In this document: one piece after another, positions 55,829 through 64,000 of the stretch
Layout: every line of letters starts with the position of its first letter
Position numbering within the stretch: position 1 is the first letter of the stretch
NCBI GenBank assembly: GCA_963667175.2
Contig: CAXXXF010000014.1
Location: 334,072-398,071, forward strand
Source of the DNA: Candidatus Latescibacterota bacterium
GTDB taxonomy: Bacteria; Latescibacterota; UBA2968; GCA-2709665
Length of the DNA stretch: 64,000 nt
Direction: 5' to 3'
Notes under the pieces: generated by a model
The model's input: only the letters and a program-made list of their open reading frames with translations
The model's database searches: none
What the model was told of the DNA's origin: nothing
Made by a program: the position numbers and the translations under genes

Positions 55829-58800
55829 TTAGTTCCCTTCAAATCGAAGTCGTGGCAGACCGCGGCGGTCCACGAGCCGAATGCGGTTCTCGGCAGCCAG
55901 ACGCTTCGCCTCTGCCGTGAAACCGGCGCCGTTCGTCACGACCATCAGCCGTGCTTCGCCGCGAATTGCGTGTTCGTACGCAGGAAGTGAATTCAGCACT
56001 TCCTCGACCGCACTCCGACCGCACTTGGCCTCAGGCTGCATGTGTTTGCACTGTACAAGGATCGTGTGCAGTTCATCACGACTGCGTGATAGCGCCACGC
56101 CATCTGCACCAGCGTCGCCGCTTCGAGGCGTTTTTCGGGTGGCGTAGCCGGCTACAGAGAGTTCCTTGAGTACCCATCCTTGAGTCCACTCCGAAAAGTC
56201 AAAATCGGCTCCGACAAGGTTGTAAATGGTGTTTTAGTCAGAAGCAAACCGAAACAAGAATTAATATAAAACTATTATAATTAATGATTTATGTGGATAT
56301 GGCTAATTTCGAAAAATGGTCGTACCTGACCTAAATTGGTGGAAATTGCGGAAATCTCACTTTTCGGAGTGGACTCATCCTTCAAAAGTCTCAGGCTCCA
56401 ATAAACCGACGTCTATCTGATCGCCCCGCAAATCAGTCGCAGCATCGCCGCGACGCGCTTCCGTAATGGTGGTTCGATAGAGATCGCCTACGTCTCCTTT
56501 CGTCGCCGCTGTCGGTGCGAGCACCCGTCGGTTCATCTCCCGTTTGTTTTCGATCAGGCTGTCGAGTTTGACGTCGAAGCTGTAGTCTCCAAATTCCGGG
56601 TGACGAGCAATAGGAAGGTACACGTGCACCGTCCGCTGCTGGCCAATACGAAAAGTCCGGTCAGTGCACTGATCTTCGACGGCCGGGTTCCACCAGCGGG
56701 AGAGATGAATGACATGGTTTGCTGCGGTCAACGTCATGCCGACGCCGCCGGCACGCGGCGACAGAATCATCACGTCGAACCCCTTCCGTCCCTGGAATGT
56801 GTCGACCCGCGCCTTGCGGATCCTTCCAGCCACCGACCCATTAATGACGAGCACGTCCTCGGACAATGAAAAACGGCGTCTCAGCGCCCCAACGAGGAAG
56901 TCCTGCATCCAGCGCGCCTCCACGAAGAGCAGCGCTTTCTGTCCCAAGTCTTCGATCCGATCCAGAATCCGGAACGCCTCGGACAGCCGTGCAGACGCCA
57001 GGATGTACTTGTCGGTGTCGAACTCGCCCGGCGCCGCCGGGTGCAGCGAGATGCTTCGAAGTTGATGGAGCGTCTGTAGCATGTTTCTGTCAGTTCCGCC
57101 GTTCATCACGATCTCCGCGTACGCTTCGGCCTGCCCTTTCGGCATCTCCACTACGCGTCTGTGCACCTCCTTTTCCGGAAGTTCCGGGATATGGTCCTCC
57201 TTGAGCCGCCGAAGCATTAGCGCCGGCGCCTCGGACTCGGCCGTCAGCCTGTCGTGCAACTCCGCGAGCGCAACGGCGCCGTCCTCGCCGGCCGCTTCGT
57301 AGCGCTGGCTGAATTCCTTCAGGGTCCCGAACATCCCCGGCTCCGCACGGTCAACCATCGACCAGATGTCTCCTGGTCGGTTTTCAACAGGGGTACCAGT
57401 CAACAACATGGTGAAATCGATGTTCATTGCCAGCGCCGCATCGGTGAGGCGTGCACCGGGATTCTTGATCTTCTGAGCTTCGTCGAAGACGCCCGCGCGC
57501 CAGTGTACACGGCCAAAGCTATGCTGATAGTCACGCAGGGTCTCATAGGTGGTGAGCACCCAGTCGGCGGTCTTCAGGGGATGGAGGTTCAGCATCGGTT
57601 GTCCACCAACGAGCTCGCCGCCACGTCTGTAGGCGCCCTCTCTGAGATCCCTCAAACCAATGCCATAGGCTTCGACGACATGCCCTAGTCCGGCACCGGA
57701 AAGATGCTTATCGTGTTCGTCCATCCAGTTCCGGAGCAAGCCCGTCGGTGCGACGACAAGGAAAGGCAGATGCGGCAAGCCCTCTGTTTCGGAGTGAGCT
57801 TTCAGACTTGAGAGAAAAGCCAGAGCTTCAAGCGTCTTTCCGAGGCCCATATCGTCAGCGAGCAGGGCGCCCCAGTTTCCAGCTTCCCAGTGACAGCACA
57901 GCCACGAGAGAGCCTTTTGCTGGTGTTGTAGAAGCTCGGTCTGCAATGCGGGGGCGGCGGCCAGGATGCCGGGCCTGCAGGGCCTGCGTTCAAGGCGGAA
58001 CTGAATCTCATCCAGGTTGTCGATGACTTCCAGAACCTGATTCGGATCTGCGGGTTCGACCGGTTCAACGCTGTCTGTTTGCTTGCGTTTCGGCTTCTGG
58101 ATTGACCGAGAGAGCAATTCCTCAAGGGCACTGAGAGTGGCCTTGTTCGCGGGGATTTCGAGGGGCTCACTCTCGATCGTGATCTCAACGGTCGATTCGC
58201 CGCACTCGACCGCTTTCTCAAGCCGATCGCAGACACCGTCCAGCGCTTCTGGCGGAATAACCACACGCCTTCCGTCGATAGTAATCCCCATTTCGTCGGG
58301 CGGCAACCAAGGTTCCTTAGCAAGCTTTATCCAGGGGAGCACCTTGTCGACCCAGATACCGACGCCCTTCACACGTTCGCTCAATCCGTCGTCGCTGAAG
58401 ACACTGTCAAGTTCGACCTCGTCGCTGTCGTCTTCATCGAATGCTCCTCGAAGGTACCCACTGACGTTACGCAGGAAATCACGGCGCTCGTCGGCACTCA
58501 CGTCCTGAGCGTGCCGCACCACGCCCAGAGCCCGTTCAACCTCCGGTGTCAGAACGACATAGCTGCCGCCCCCGGCGAGGTACCGTTGCTTCACCCTGGA
58601 CAGGCCGCGAAATCTCCTTGCAAACTCCTTCTGACGGGCGAGCGGTAAAGCACCAGCGAACACCTGTTCCTCCTCACCCGCCGCGTTGACGCGGGTTTCG
58701 CGCCGGCCGACGACCGGATCGAAGTCGGGCTCGCCGTCGTCGTTCACGAACGGATCGAGTTCAAAGCTTGACGCCACGGATATTTTCAGCGACCTCAGGT

Positions 58801-59422
58801 TATCATCGCTGACAACGGTGTCGTCAGGCAGCATCTCCGCGACCCGTCCCCAACGGAGCATACGGGCTTCGAGATCTTTCTTGTCGGCCCGGTTGAAGCG
58901 GTCAATGGCGTCGGCGATGGAGTACAGCGGGTCGAGCAGCACGAAGTCGTCACCGCCAACGCGAAGCCAAGCGCCATCGCGCTCAACCCCAAGGACGCGG
59001 CGACCGTGCCGGACGTAGCCGCAACGGATTTCGAAATCGGAGTCGTGAATGGCACCGTTCGCCAATATCTCGAGTGCAAAGGGTGCAGCATCGGGAAGAC
59101 CGGTGTACCGCAATTCGTCTGACGTCAGTCTGGCGACCGTTTTCCACGAGACGCAGAGCGCCGTCCCGTTGTCGCATTCAGTCGCACCGCCGTCGTCGCG
59201 CAATCGAATCAGGGCGCCGGCGCCAGACGTCGCGGCTGCATTCGCGGTCCACTCCGCCACCGGGAACGGAGGATCCCCAGCCATTCTTACAATCAGGCCG
59301 GCAGGCGTCGGATTGTTTAGAAAGAGGTTCGTCAAGGCAAGTTTTCCGCTACCATGTGATGTTCGCATCCACCGGCCTGGACCACAAGTGTCCCGTTCTT
59401 GCGTCCGCCAGTGTCTGCGCAC
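55829..59422 (-). pseudogene. zorD: Zorya ZorD SNF2 helicase with C-terminal Mrr-like nuclease, interrupted by a MITE (start may be ATG 59284)
   Basis: LADDMGLGKT, DEAQKIKN, LTGTPVEN, WWNPAVEDQCTDR; ...ETFEG|WVLKEL...SGDAGADG...VQCKH continues in frame across the insertion. Confidence 0.85.
56182..56376. mobile_element. 195-bp MITE (non-autonomous IS derivative)
   Basis: Perfect 18-bp terminal IR GAGTCCACTCCGAAAAGT; 6-bp target duplication ATCCTT (56176-56181, 56377-56382); AT-rich interior, no ORF. Confidence 0.9.
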
Positions 59423-59458
59423 CCGTGATAAAACGGTACGACTCTATTTACCTATGAG

Positions 59459-61267
59459 CTACGGCCGGGACTTACTTCTTGCGATAATGAAACGCAAATT
59501 CGTGATCGTCGAATCCAAGCGATCGAGCACTGTCTTCCCGTTCGTCCCGTAGCCTGGTACTCCGTGTTCGCCTACGTACGCCGTCCAAGCTGGTGAGGTC
59601 ACGTCCATGAAGTCTCGAAGGTTTACCTGAAACTTGCGTGAGGCCATTACGGCGTTCCGAACCTTCTGCAACTCCCGAAACGCTTCTGCGGCTGTTTGTC
59701 TTCGAATGGTCTTCGGCTGCCGGTCACCAGGGCTTGTTGCTACTGCCTGACTTCGTGAACTGCGGGGCGATGTCGCGGCATGCAGGTTGCGATTGGTTTC
59801 GCGTTTTCGCAATCGGTCTGGGAAATACTCGGAACGAGCGATCTCGACGCCCGTATTTTCACGCAACCATTGAGCTATTTTGTCCTGCCAGCGGCCAACT
59901 TCGCTACGGAAATGCGGTTGCGAAAAGTCCGATCCATTTCTCAGGTCGTCACCAAAGTAGACGTTTTCTTGATACAATTCGGGTGCGTTGCTATTGCCAT
60001 CAAGCCATATCCTGCAACTACCGTTATGGCTCCATTCGGCGATCGTCACGCCGGGCATGCGCAGAAGAAGAACCGACTGGTCGCCCTGAGCTCCCCGAAG
60101 GTCGGCGGTCGTTTCGGTCTCGTCCTTCTTCATATTCATCTTCCACAGGGAATCTTTCGCGTGCGGACCCAATACGAACCAGATGTCGTCTATCAAGCCC
60201 TCTCTGTGAAAAGCCCGCCAGAAAGCCTCCCTATATCGCCAGTGTCGATCGAACGCGGTTTCCTTGACGAGCAAGAAGAACTGCTCGAGAGCGCGTTCCA
60301 CGAGCCACCTTATCACGACCCGGCGGATCTCGTCGGGAATTCCTGACCACTTATGTCTTCCTGACCCAAGACGAGGATCGCGGAAATGGCGCAGGAAAAA
60401 TGGCTGAATGCGTTCTCGCGTCGCGGGATCAGGTGGACTGTCGACAAAGGGTCTGAGTAAAGCCACAGCGACTTCGGAGCGCATAGGCAAATTGTCGAAA
60501 CGCAGTTTACCCTCGCATTCGAGGAGCGTAAGTAAGCGAGAGAGTCGCTCGGCATCAAGGCGCTTCTGATTTAGTAGCGATTCGGCGCGCGGGAGGTAGG
60601 CCCGGATGCCCGAAATTAGGAAACCGGCGCGTGCGAGACCGGCATCGAATCCCGCTCGGAACAGGACGTCGTCAACGGCATCAGATGCCGAGACTATCTT
60701 CTCCACGAACGACACGCTACCATTTCTTTCAAGGTATCCGAAATCCAGGCATCGTTGCTTCCACTTTTGCATGGAAGGGAGAGAAGAGCGGTCGTCTTCG
60801 ACCGTTTTTCGCAGCAGGCCGAGAAGAGGTTCAAAAGTGGGCAGATCCACCGGATAGACGCGCAAGAACTCGTTTAGGAGCGCACGCACGGACCCCGTTC
60901 GTTGGCCACCGGACAGCCAACTTCCGTATTCCCGCACGATGCCAGGCTGACAACCTAACCAACCATTTGGATCTTGGTGTCGAGAAAGACTGTCGTTCAT
61001 CGACGAATAAAACAGTATCCACGGAAGCCGCCTGAGGTCGCGTAAAGAGACTCCTTCAAGCGAGTGGTCGCGATGCCATGACTCCCTGACCCGCCTGTAC
61101 AACGCAACCAGGTCGTATGGTTCCGGCTCCTTCATCTCGACATCTCGAAGCTGCTTGCCCACTTCGATAGCTGCAGCGCGAATTTGGCGAGGGGCGAACG
61201 TGGATTCGGTCTTGACGACGTCAGTCCAGCGCTCCAGTGAATCCTTTAGAGAGGAAGTAGTACTCAT
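59459..61267 (-). CDS. zorC: Zorya ZorC, EH-signature domain protein
   Basis: FRDPRL, WRYREAFW, TIAEWSHNGSCRIW motifs; position between zorB and zorD. Confidence 0.85.
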   Translation of the reverse strand: MSTTSSLKDSLERWTDVVKTESTFAPRQIRAAAIEVGKQLRDVEMKEPEPYDLVALYRRVRESWHRDHSLEGVSLRDLRRLPWILFYSSMNDSLSRHQDPNGWLGCQPGIVREYGSWLSGGQRTGSVRALLNEFLRVYPVDLPTFEPLLGLLRKTVEDDRSSLPSMQKWKQRCLDFGYLERNGSVSFVEKIVSASDAVDDVLFRAGFDAGLARAGFLISGIRAYLPRAESLLNQKRLDAERLSRLLTLLECEGKLRFDNLPMRSEVAVALLRPFVDSPPDPATRERIQPFFLRHFRDPRLGSGRHKWSGIPDEIRRVVIRWLVERALEQFFLLVKETAFDRHWRYREAFWRAFHREGLIDDIWFVLGPHAKDSLWKMNMKKDETETTADLRGAQGDQSVLLLRMPGVTIAEWSHNGSCRIWLDGNSNAPELYQENVYFGDDLRNGSDFSQPHFRSEVGRWQDKIAQWLRENTGVEIARSEYFPDRLRKRETNRNLHAATSPRSSRSQAVATSPGDRQPKTIRRQTAAEAFRELQKVRNAVMASRKFQVNLRDFMDVTSPAWTAYVGEHGVPGYGTNGKTVLDRLDSTITNLRFIIARSKSRP

Positions 61268-62145
61268 GGCGTTCCTTCTCCAAATCGCTCGCGGACTTCC
61301 TTCTGAACGTCAAGTTCCCGAGACGGAACCAACCCCTCGGGAGGTTCGAGGAGGAATCTCAGGTCAATGCGCCGGTTCTCGCCTGCCCGATCGGAGTCGT
61401 GGGTCACGGGCCGGGTGAAGCCGTATCCGCTCGTACTCAGAATCGGGAAGTTGTCAGCGCTCAACAGGCGCTCCACCCTGGGCTCGCATGCGACGATCAT
61501 ACGGTGAACGGTCGCCGCACGCATTGACGACAGCTCAAGATTGTCCTGGAAGCGGTTGCCGGCCGCAACCGGTACGTCGTCCGTATGACCTTCAATCAGC
61601 AAGGTCTCGAGAAGCCAGGGGAATTCCTGCTTCCTGCATTGATAGGTAGCCGGATCGGCAGGCGGCTGACAGTACGCAGGTGGATCGCTGCGATGCCCCG
61701 CGACAATGCGGCCGTCATCAATGTGAGACGGCGCCTCGGCCCCGGCAGGTGAGACGTAGCACGGCACTACCTCGGCGATGGCTTGCGAGAGAAGACCGAC
61801 GTTTACGTGATGTTCGGGTACTGGAACCTCACTACCTGACGGAAAATTGATCGCATTGTCCGAGAGCCGAAGGACACCCTGGTCGGCCAGCACTTCGACC
61901 CGCATGCCAGCTTTCTCGAGTCGGCTCTTGATGTCCCGGAGCATGCGGGTGCGCGTCTTTTCCTCGGCTTCCAGGTCTTCTACTCTCTCTTCTTGTTTTT
62001 TTGTGACGTTGGCTAGTTGATGTGCGAATACCGCCAGCATGATGATGAAGATAAATATGAGAGCCGAGACGAGGTCGCTGACACTTGCGAGGTAGCTGTG
62101 CCCACCCTGGTCTTCATCCGGCGACAGCCTGGATTTGTCGATCAT
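61264..62145 (-). CDS. zorB: Zorya ZorB, MotB/OmpA-like protein
   Basis: SVSDLVSALIFIFII TM with conserved Asp, IEGHTD, NLELSSMRA, NRRIDLRF. Confidence 0.9.
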   Translation of the reverse strand: MIDKSRLSPDEDQGGHSYLASVSDLVSALIFIFIIMLAVFAHQLANVTKKQEERVEDLEAEEKTRTRMLRDIKSRLEKAGMRVEVLADQGVLRLSDNAINFPSGSEVPVPEHHVNVGLLSQAIAEVVPCYVSPAGAEAPSHIDDGRIVAGHRSDPPAYCQPPADPATYQCRKQEFPWLLETLLIEGHTDDVPVAAGNRFQDNLELSSMRAATVHRMIVACEPRVERLLSADNFPILSTSGYGFTRPVTHDSDRAGENRRIDLRFLLEPPEGLVPSRELDVQKEVRERFGEGTP

Positions 62146-63761
62146 TAACGCGATTCCGGAAGCCGCGGGATCAGATCTTCAATCGCCCCGCTTAGTTCTG
62201 CGGTTGCGCTCGCAAGCTGTTGGACAGTATTCGACGTGGTCTTGTCAAGTTCGTTGGCAAACTCCTTCACCTGTGCGCAATATCTCGACAGCCCTTCGTC
62301 GATCTGTCGGAACACGGCTGCAAGTGACTCGTCGATGTTTTCGAATCGTTCCTGATATCGCGTCCAGGCGTTTGCTATCGACTCCTGGTGCTGCTCGAGC
62401 GCGTTTACAGCCATGTCAACGCGGCCGACTAGCTCGCTCGTCCTTGCCAGCGACTCGGCGGTCCTGTCGCTCGCTTCTCGGATCTCACGGGCGGCCCGTA
62501 CGACGGGTCCCGCCGCAGATTCTATATGCCGGTGCGTGGATTCTATGGTACTGCGCAGTTCATTGAGCCTTTCGACGAACCCCGTCATGCCGCTCAAGAC
62601 CTTTTCACTCCGCTGCGTGGACTGATCGAGTCTCTCCGTTGCGGACTGCAAGTGCCGAGTTACGGACCCTACCGTATCAGACATTTCAGCCGAAGCCGAC
62701 GCGCTGGATGTCGTCATACGTTCTGCCATATCTACAGAAGCGGCCGCGACAGCGCTTGTGATGTTACCCAGCGACTCTTGCAACGTCTTATTCATGGCAT
62801 TTGCGTTTTCATCCATCGAGGTCCTGACCGCTGAAAGGACCGAATCGAGCGCCGCGCGGACGTCATGCTGCGACTGAGCCATTCCGGAAACCGAATCCTG
62901 CAGCGTACGGTTCAAGTCGGCGACGATCGACCCCATCTCCTCGAATTGCGATCCCGCACCCTCTTGCATAGCGGCCGTGAACCTTTCGAGCGCATCGTTG
63001 ATCATACGACCGCTATCAGTAGACCGGTCCGCGCGAAGTTGCTCGACTGCTTCTATCAGTTGCTCGAGCTGCGGCGCCAAGCGCCCGGCGATCTTCTCAT
63101 CGAGCGCCTTCTCAAGAGAGAAAATCAACTCGGTGTTAAATCGTTCGAGTTGAGTCGTCGTACGCCTCGCCTGCTCGAGTTGTTGCAGCGCAACACCTTC
63201 CGGCGTCACCCGCTCCAAACGTGACTCAATGGCTCCTACCCAATCAACTAGCGCTATATGCAGTCTTCGAGTGACAGATCGCTCGCCAACCACAAAAAGT
63301 ATGGAACAGACGATTCCGACAATTGACGTCCAGAACGCCAGCGATGCCCCGCCCAGAAGCTGCTGTAGGGCACTGGTGATCTCGCTCGGATTACTCGAGG
63401 CAAGACCGGAGCTCGCCGCTCCGACGCCCGCTGCCAGGCCGAGAAAAGTCCCAAGAATGCCCATTCCCGTCAGCAGATTCGGGACCGCCTGGTAGAAACC
63501 GGTTGATATATTGGGAAAGATAATGGTGGCGTCATTCAGATACCGTGACACGTCACCGGTGTTGCGGATGGGATCGCCGGACTCAGGTTCAGGAAGAAGC
63601 AGCGTCTCTACGAATTCCGTCCACGGAAGACCCAGTGCCTCCTCGACATGGCGATTGTAGTTTTCAAACGCGTCGACGAAATCCAATGCTCCGTTAACAT
63701 CTGTCAGTTCCTTTTTCGCATTACGCAGCCTGCGATACAGAGGAACCGCGCTCCATGCCAT
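62145..63761 (-). CDS. zorA: Zorya ZorA, MotA-like protein with long helical tail (first TM possibly in a shifted frame upstream)
   Basis: PNLLTGMGILGTFLGL and AFWTSIVG TM motifs followed by ~350 aa coiled-coil tail; overlaps zorB start. Confidence 0.88.
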   Translation of the reverse strand: MAWSAVPLYRRLRNAKKELTDVNGALDFVDAFENYNRHVEEALGLPWTEFVETLLLPEPESGDPIRNTGDVSRYLNDATIIFPNISTGFYQAVPNLLTGMGILGTFLGLAAGVGAASSGLASSNPSEITSALQQLLGGASLAFWTSIVGIVCSILFVVGERSVTRRLHIALVDWVGAIESRLERVTPEGVALQQLEQARRTTTQLERFNTELIFSLEKALDEKIAGRLAPQLEQLIEAVEQLRADRSTDSGRMINDALERFTAAMQEGAGSQFEEMGSIVADLNRTLQDSVSGMAQSQHDVRAALDSVLSAVRTSMDENANAMNKTLQESLGNITSAVAAASVDMAERMTTSSASASAEMSDTVGSVTRHLQSATERLDQSTQRSEKVLSGMTGFVERLNELRSTIESTHRHIESAAGPVVRAAREIREASDRTAESLARTSELVGRVDMAVNALEQHQESIANAWTRYQERFENIDESLAAVFRQIDEGLSRYCAQVKEFANELDKTTSNTVQQLASATAELSGAIEDLIPRLPESR

Positions 63762-63842
63762 CTTAAAGCGAAAAATAAAGTGATCGCTATAATGGCCAGG
63801 CAGTAATACGTGACGAAATTCTCTGTGAGAGCAAATTCGAGA

Positions 63843-63952
63843 TCATCGCGATATTCGATCCGGTGGAAAAAGATGCTGTATGGGAGAGCGAAGCCGGGCA
63901 GTACGTTGCTGCCCTCAAGGGCGTCATCCGATCTCAGCACGTCAACCTGCCG
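63843..63952. repeat. Degenerate direct repeat copy 2 (Uma2 3' end)
   Basis: Encodes RQVDVLRSDDALEGSNVLPGFALP on the minus strand; matches 55278-55388. Confidence 0.85.
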
Positions 63953-63971
63953 GCTACGCCTATTCCGACAG

Positions 63972-63993
63972 GTAGGGCGACCCTTGTGGTCGC
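63972..63993. repeat. REP-like hairpin (GTAG class), imperfect
   Basis: GTAGGGCGACC-CTTGT-GGTCGC resembles the palindrome at 21698. Confidence 0.5.
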
Positions 63994-64000
63994 ACGCGCT

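Noticed and set aside
61264-63761. Flagellar motAB
   Set aside because: Long ZorA tail plus adjacent EH-signature and SNF2 genes indicate Zorya
1-64000. CRISPR array, tRNA or rRNA genes
   Set aside because: No regularly spaced repeats or recognisable structural RNA genes seen by eye

Overview
Bacterial window in two halves. 1-~39650 is GC-rich and carries a lactonase, a family III CoA-transferase, a carboxyltransferase, an RHH/UPF0175-PIN toxin-antitoxin pair and a ~30 kb run of co-directional minus-strand genes (34233 down to 4712). That run contains a LarA-family racemase, a putative polysaccharide lyase, two Gfo/Idh/MocA oxidoreductases, a GriC/EhpF-like adenylating enzyme plus aldehyde dehydrogenase, an Fe-ADH, three PQQ-type beta-propellers, a HemN-like radical SAM, a TonB-dependent receptor, a PaaK-like ligase, a flavin-dependent halogenase-like enzyme, a GT4, a thioesterase, a LolD/FtsX-type ABC transporter and a TAXI-TRAP transporter. 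Its core looks like an uncharacterised biosynthetic or modification pathway. ~39650-64000 is a lower-GC accessory/defence island: a proteasome-beta-like Ntn hydrolase, IS21 and IS1595 remnants, an IS110 with a structured left end that splits a membrane-TPR gene, an IS1182 with a CTAT target duplication, a PD-(D/E)XK nuclease pair, a PIN-like membrane protein and a type I Zorya operon. zorD is cut by a 195-bp MITE, and the Zorya operon is bracketed by degenerate Uma2-derived direct repeats. All family calls come from motif recognition by eye; no database search was run. Several +1 homopolymer frameshifts may be sequencing errors.
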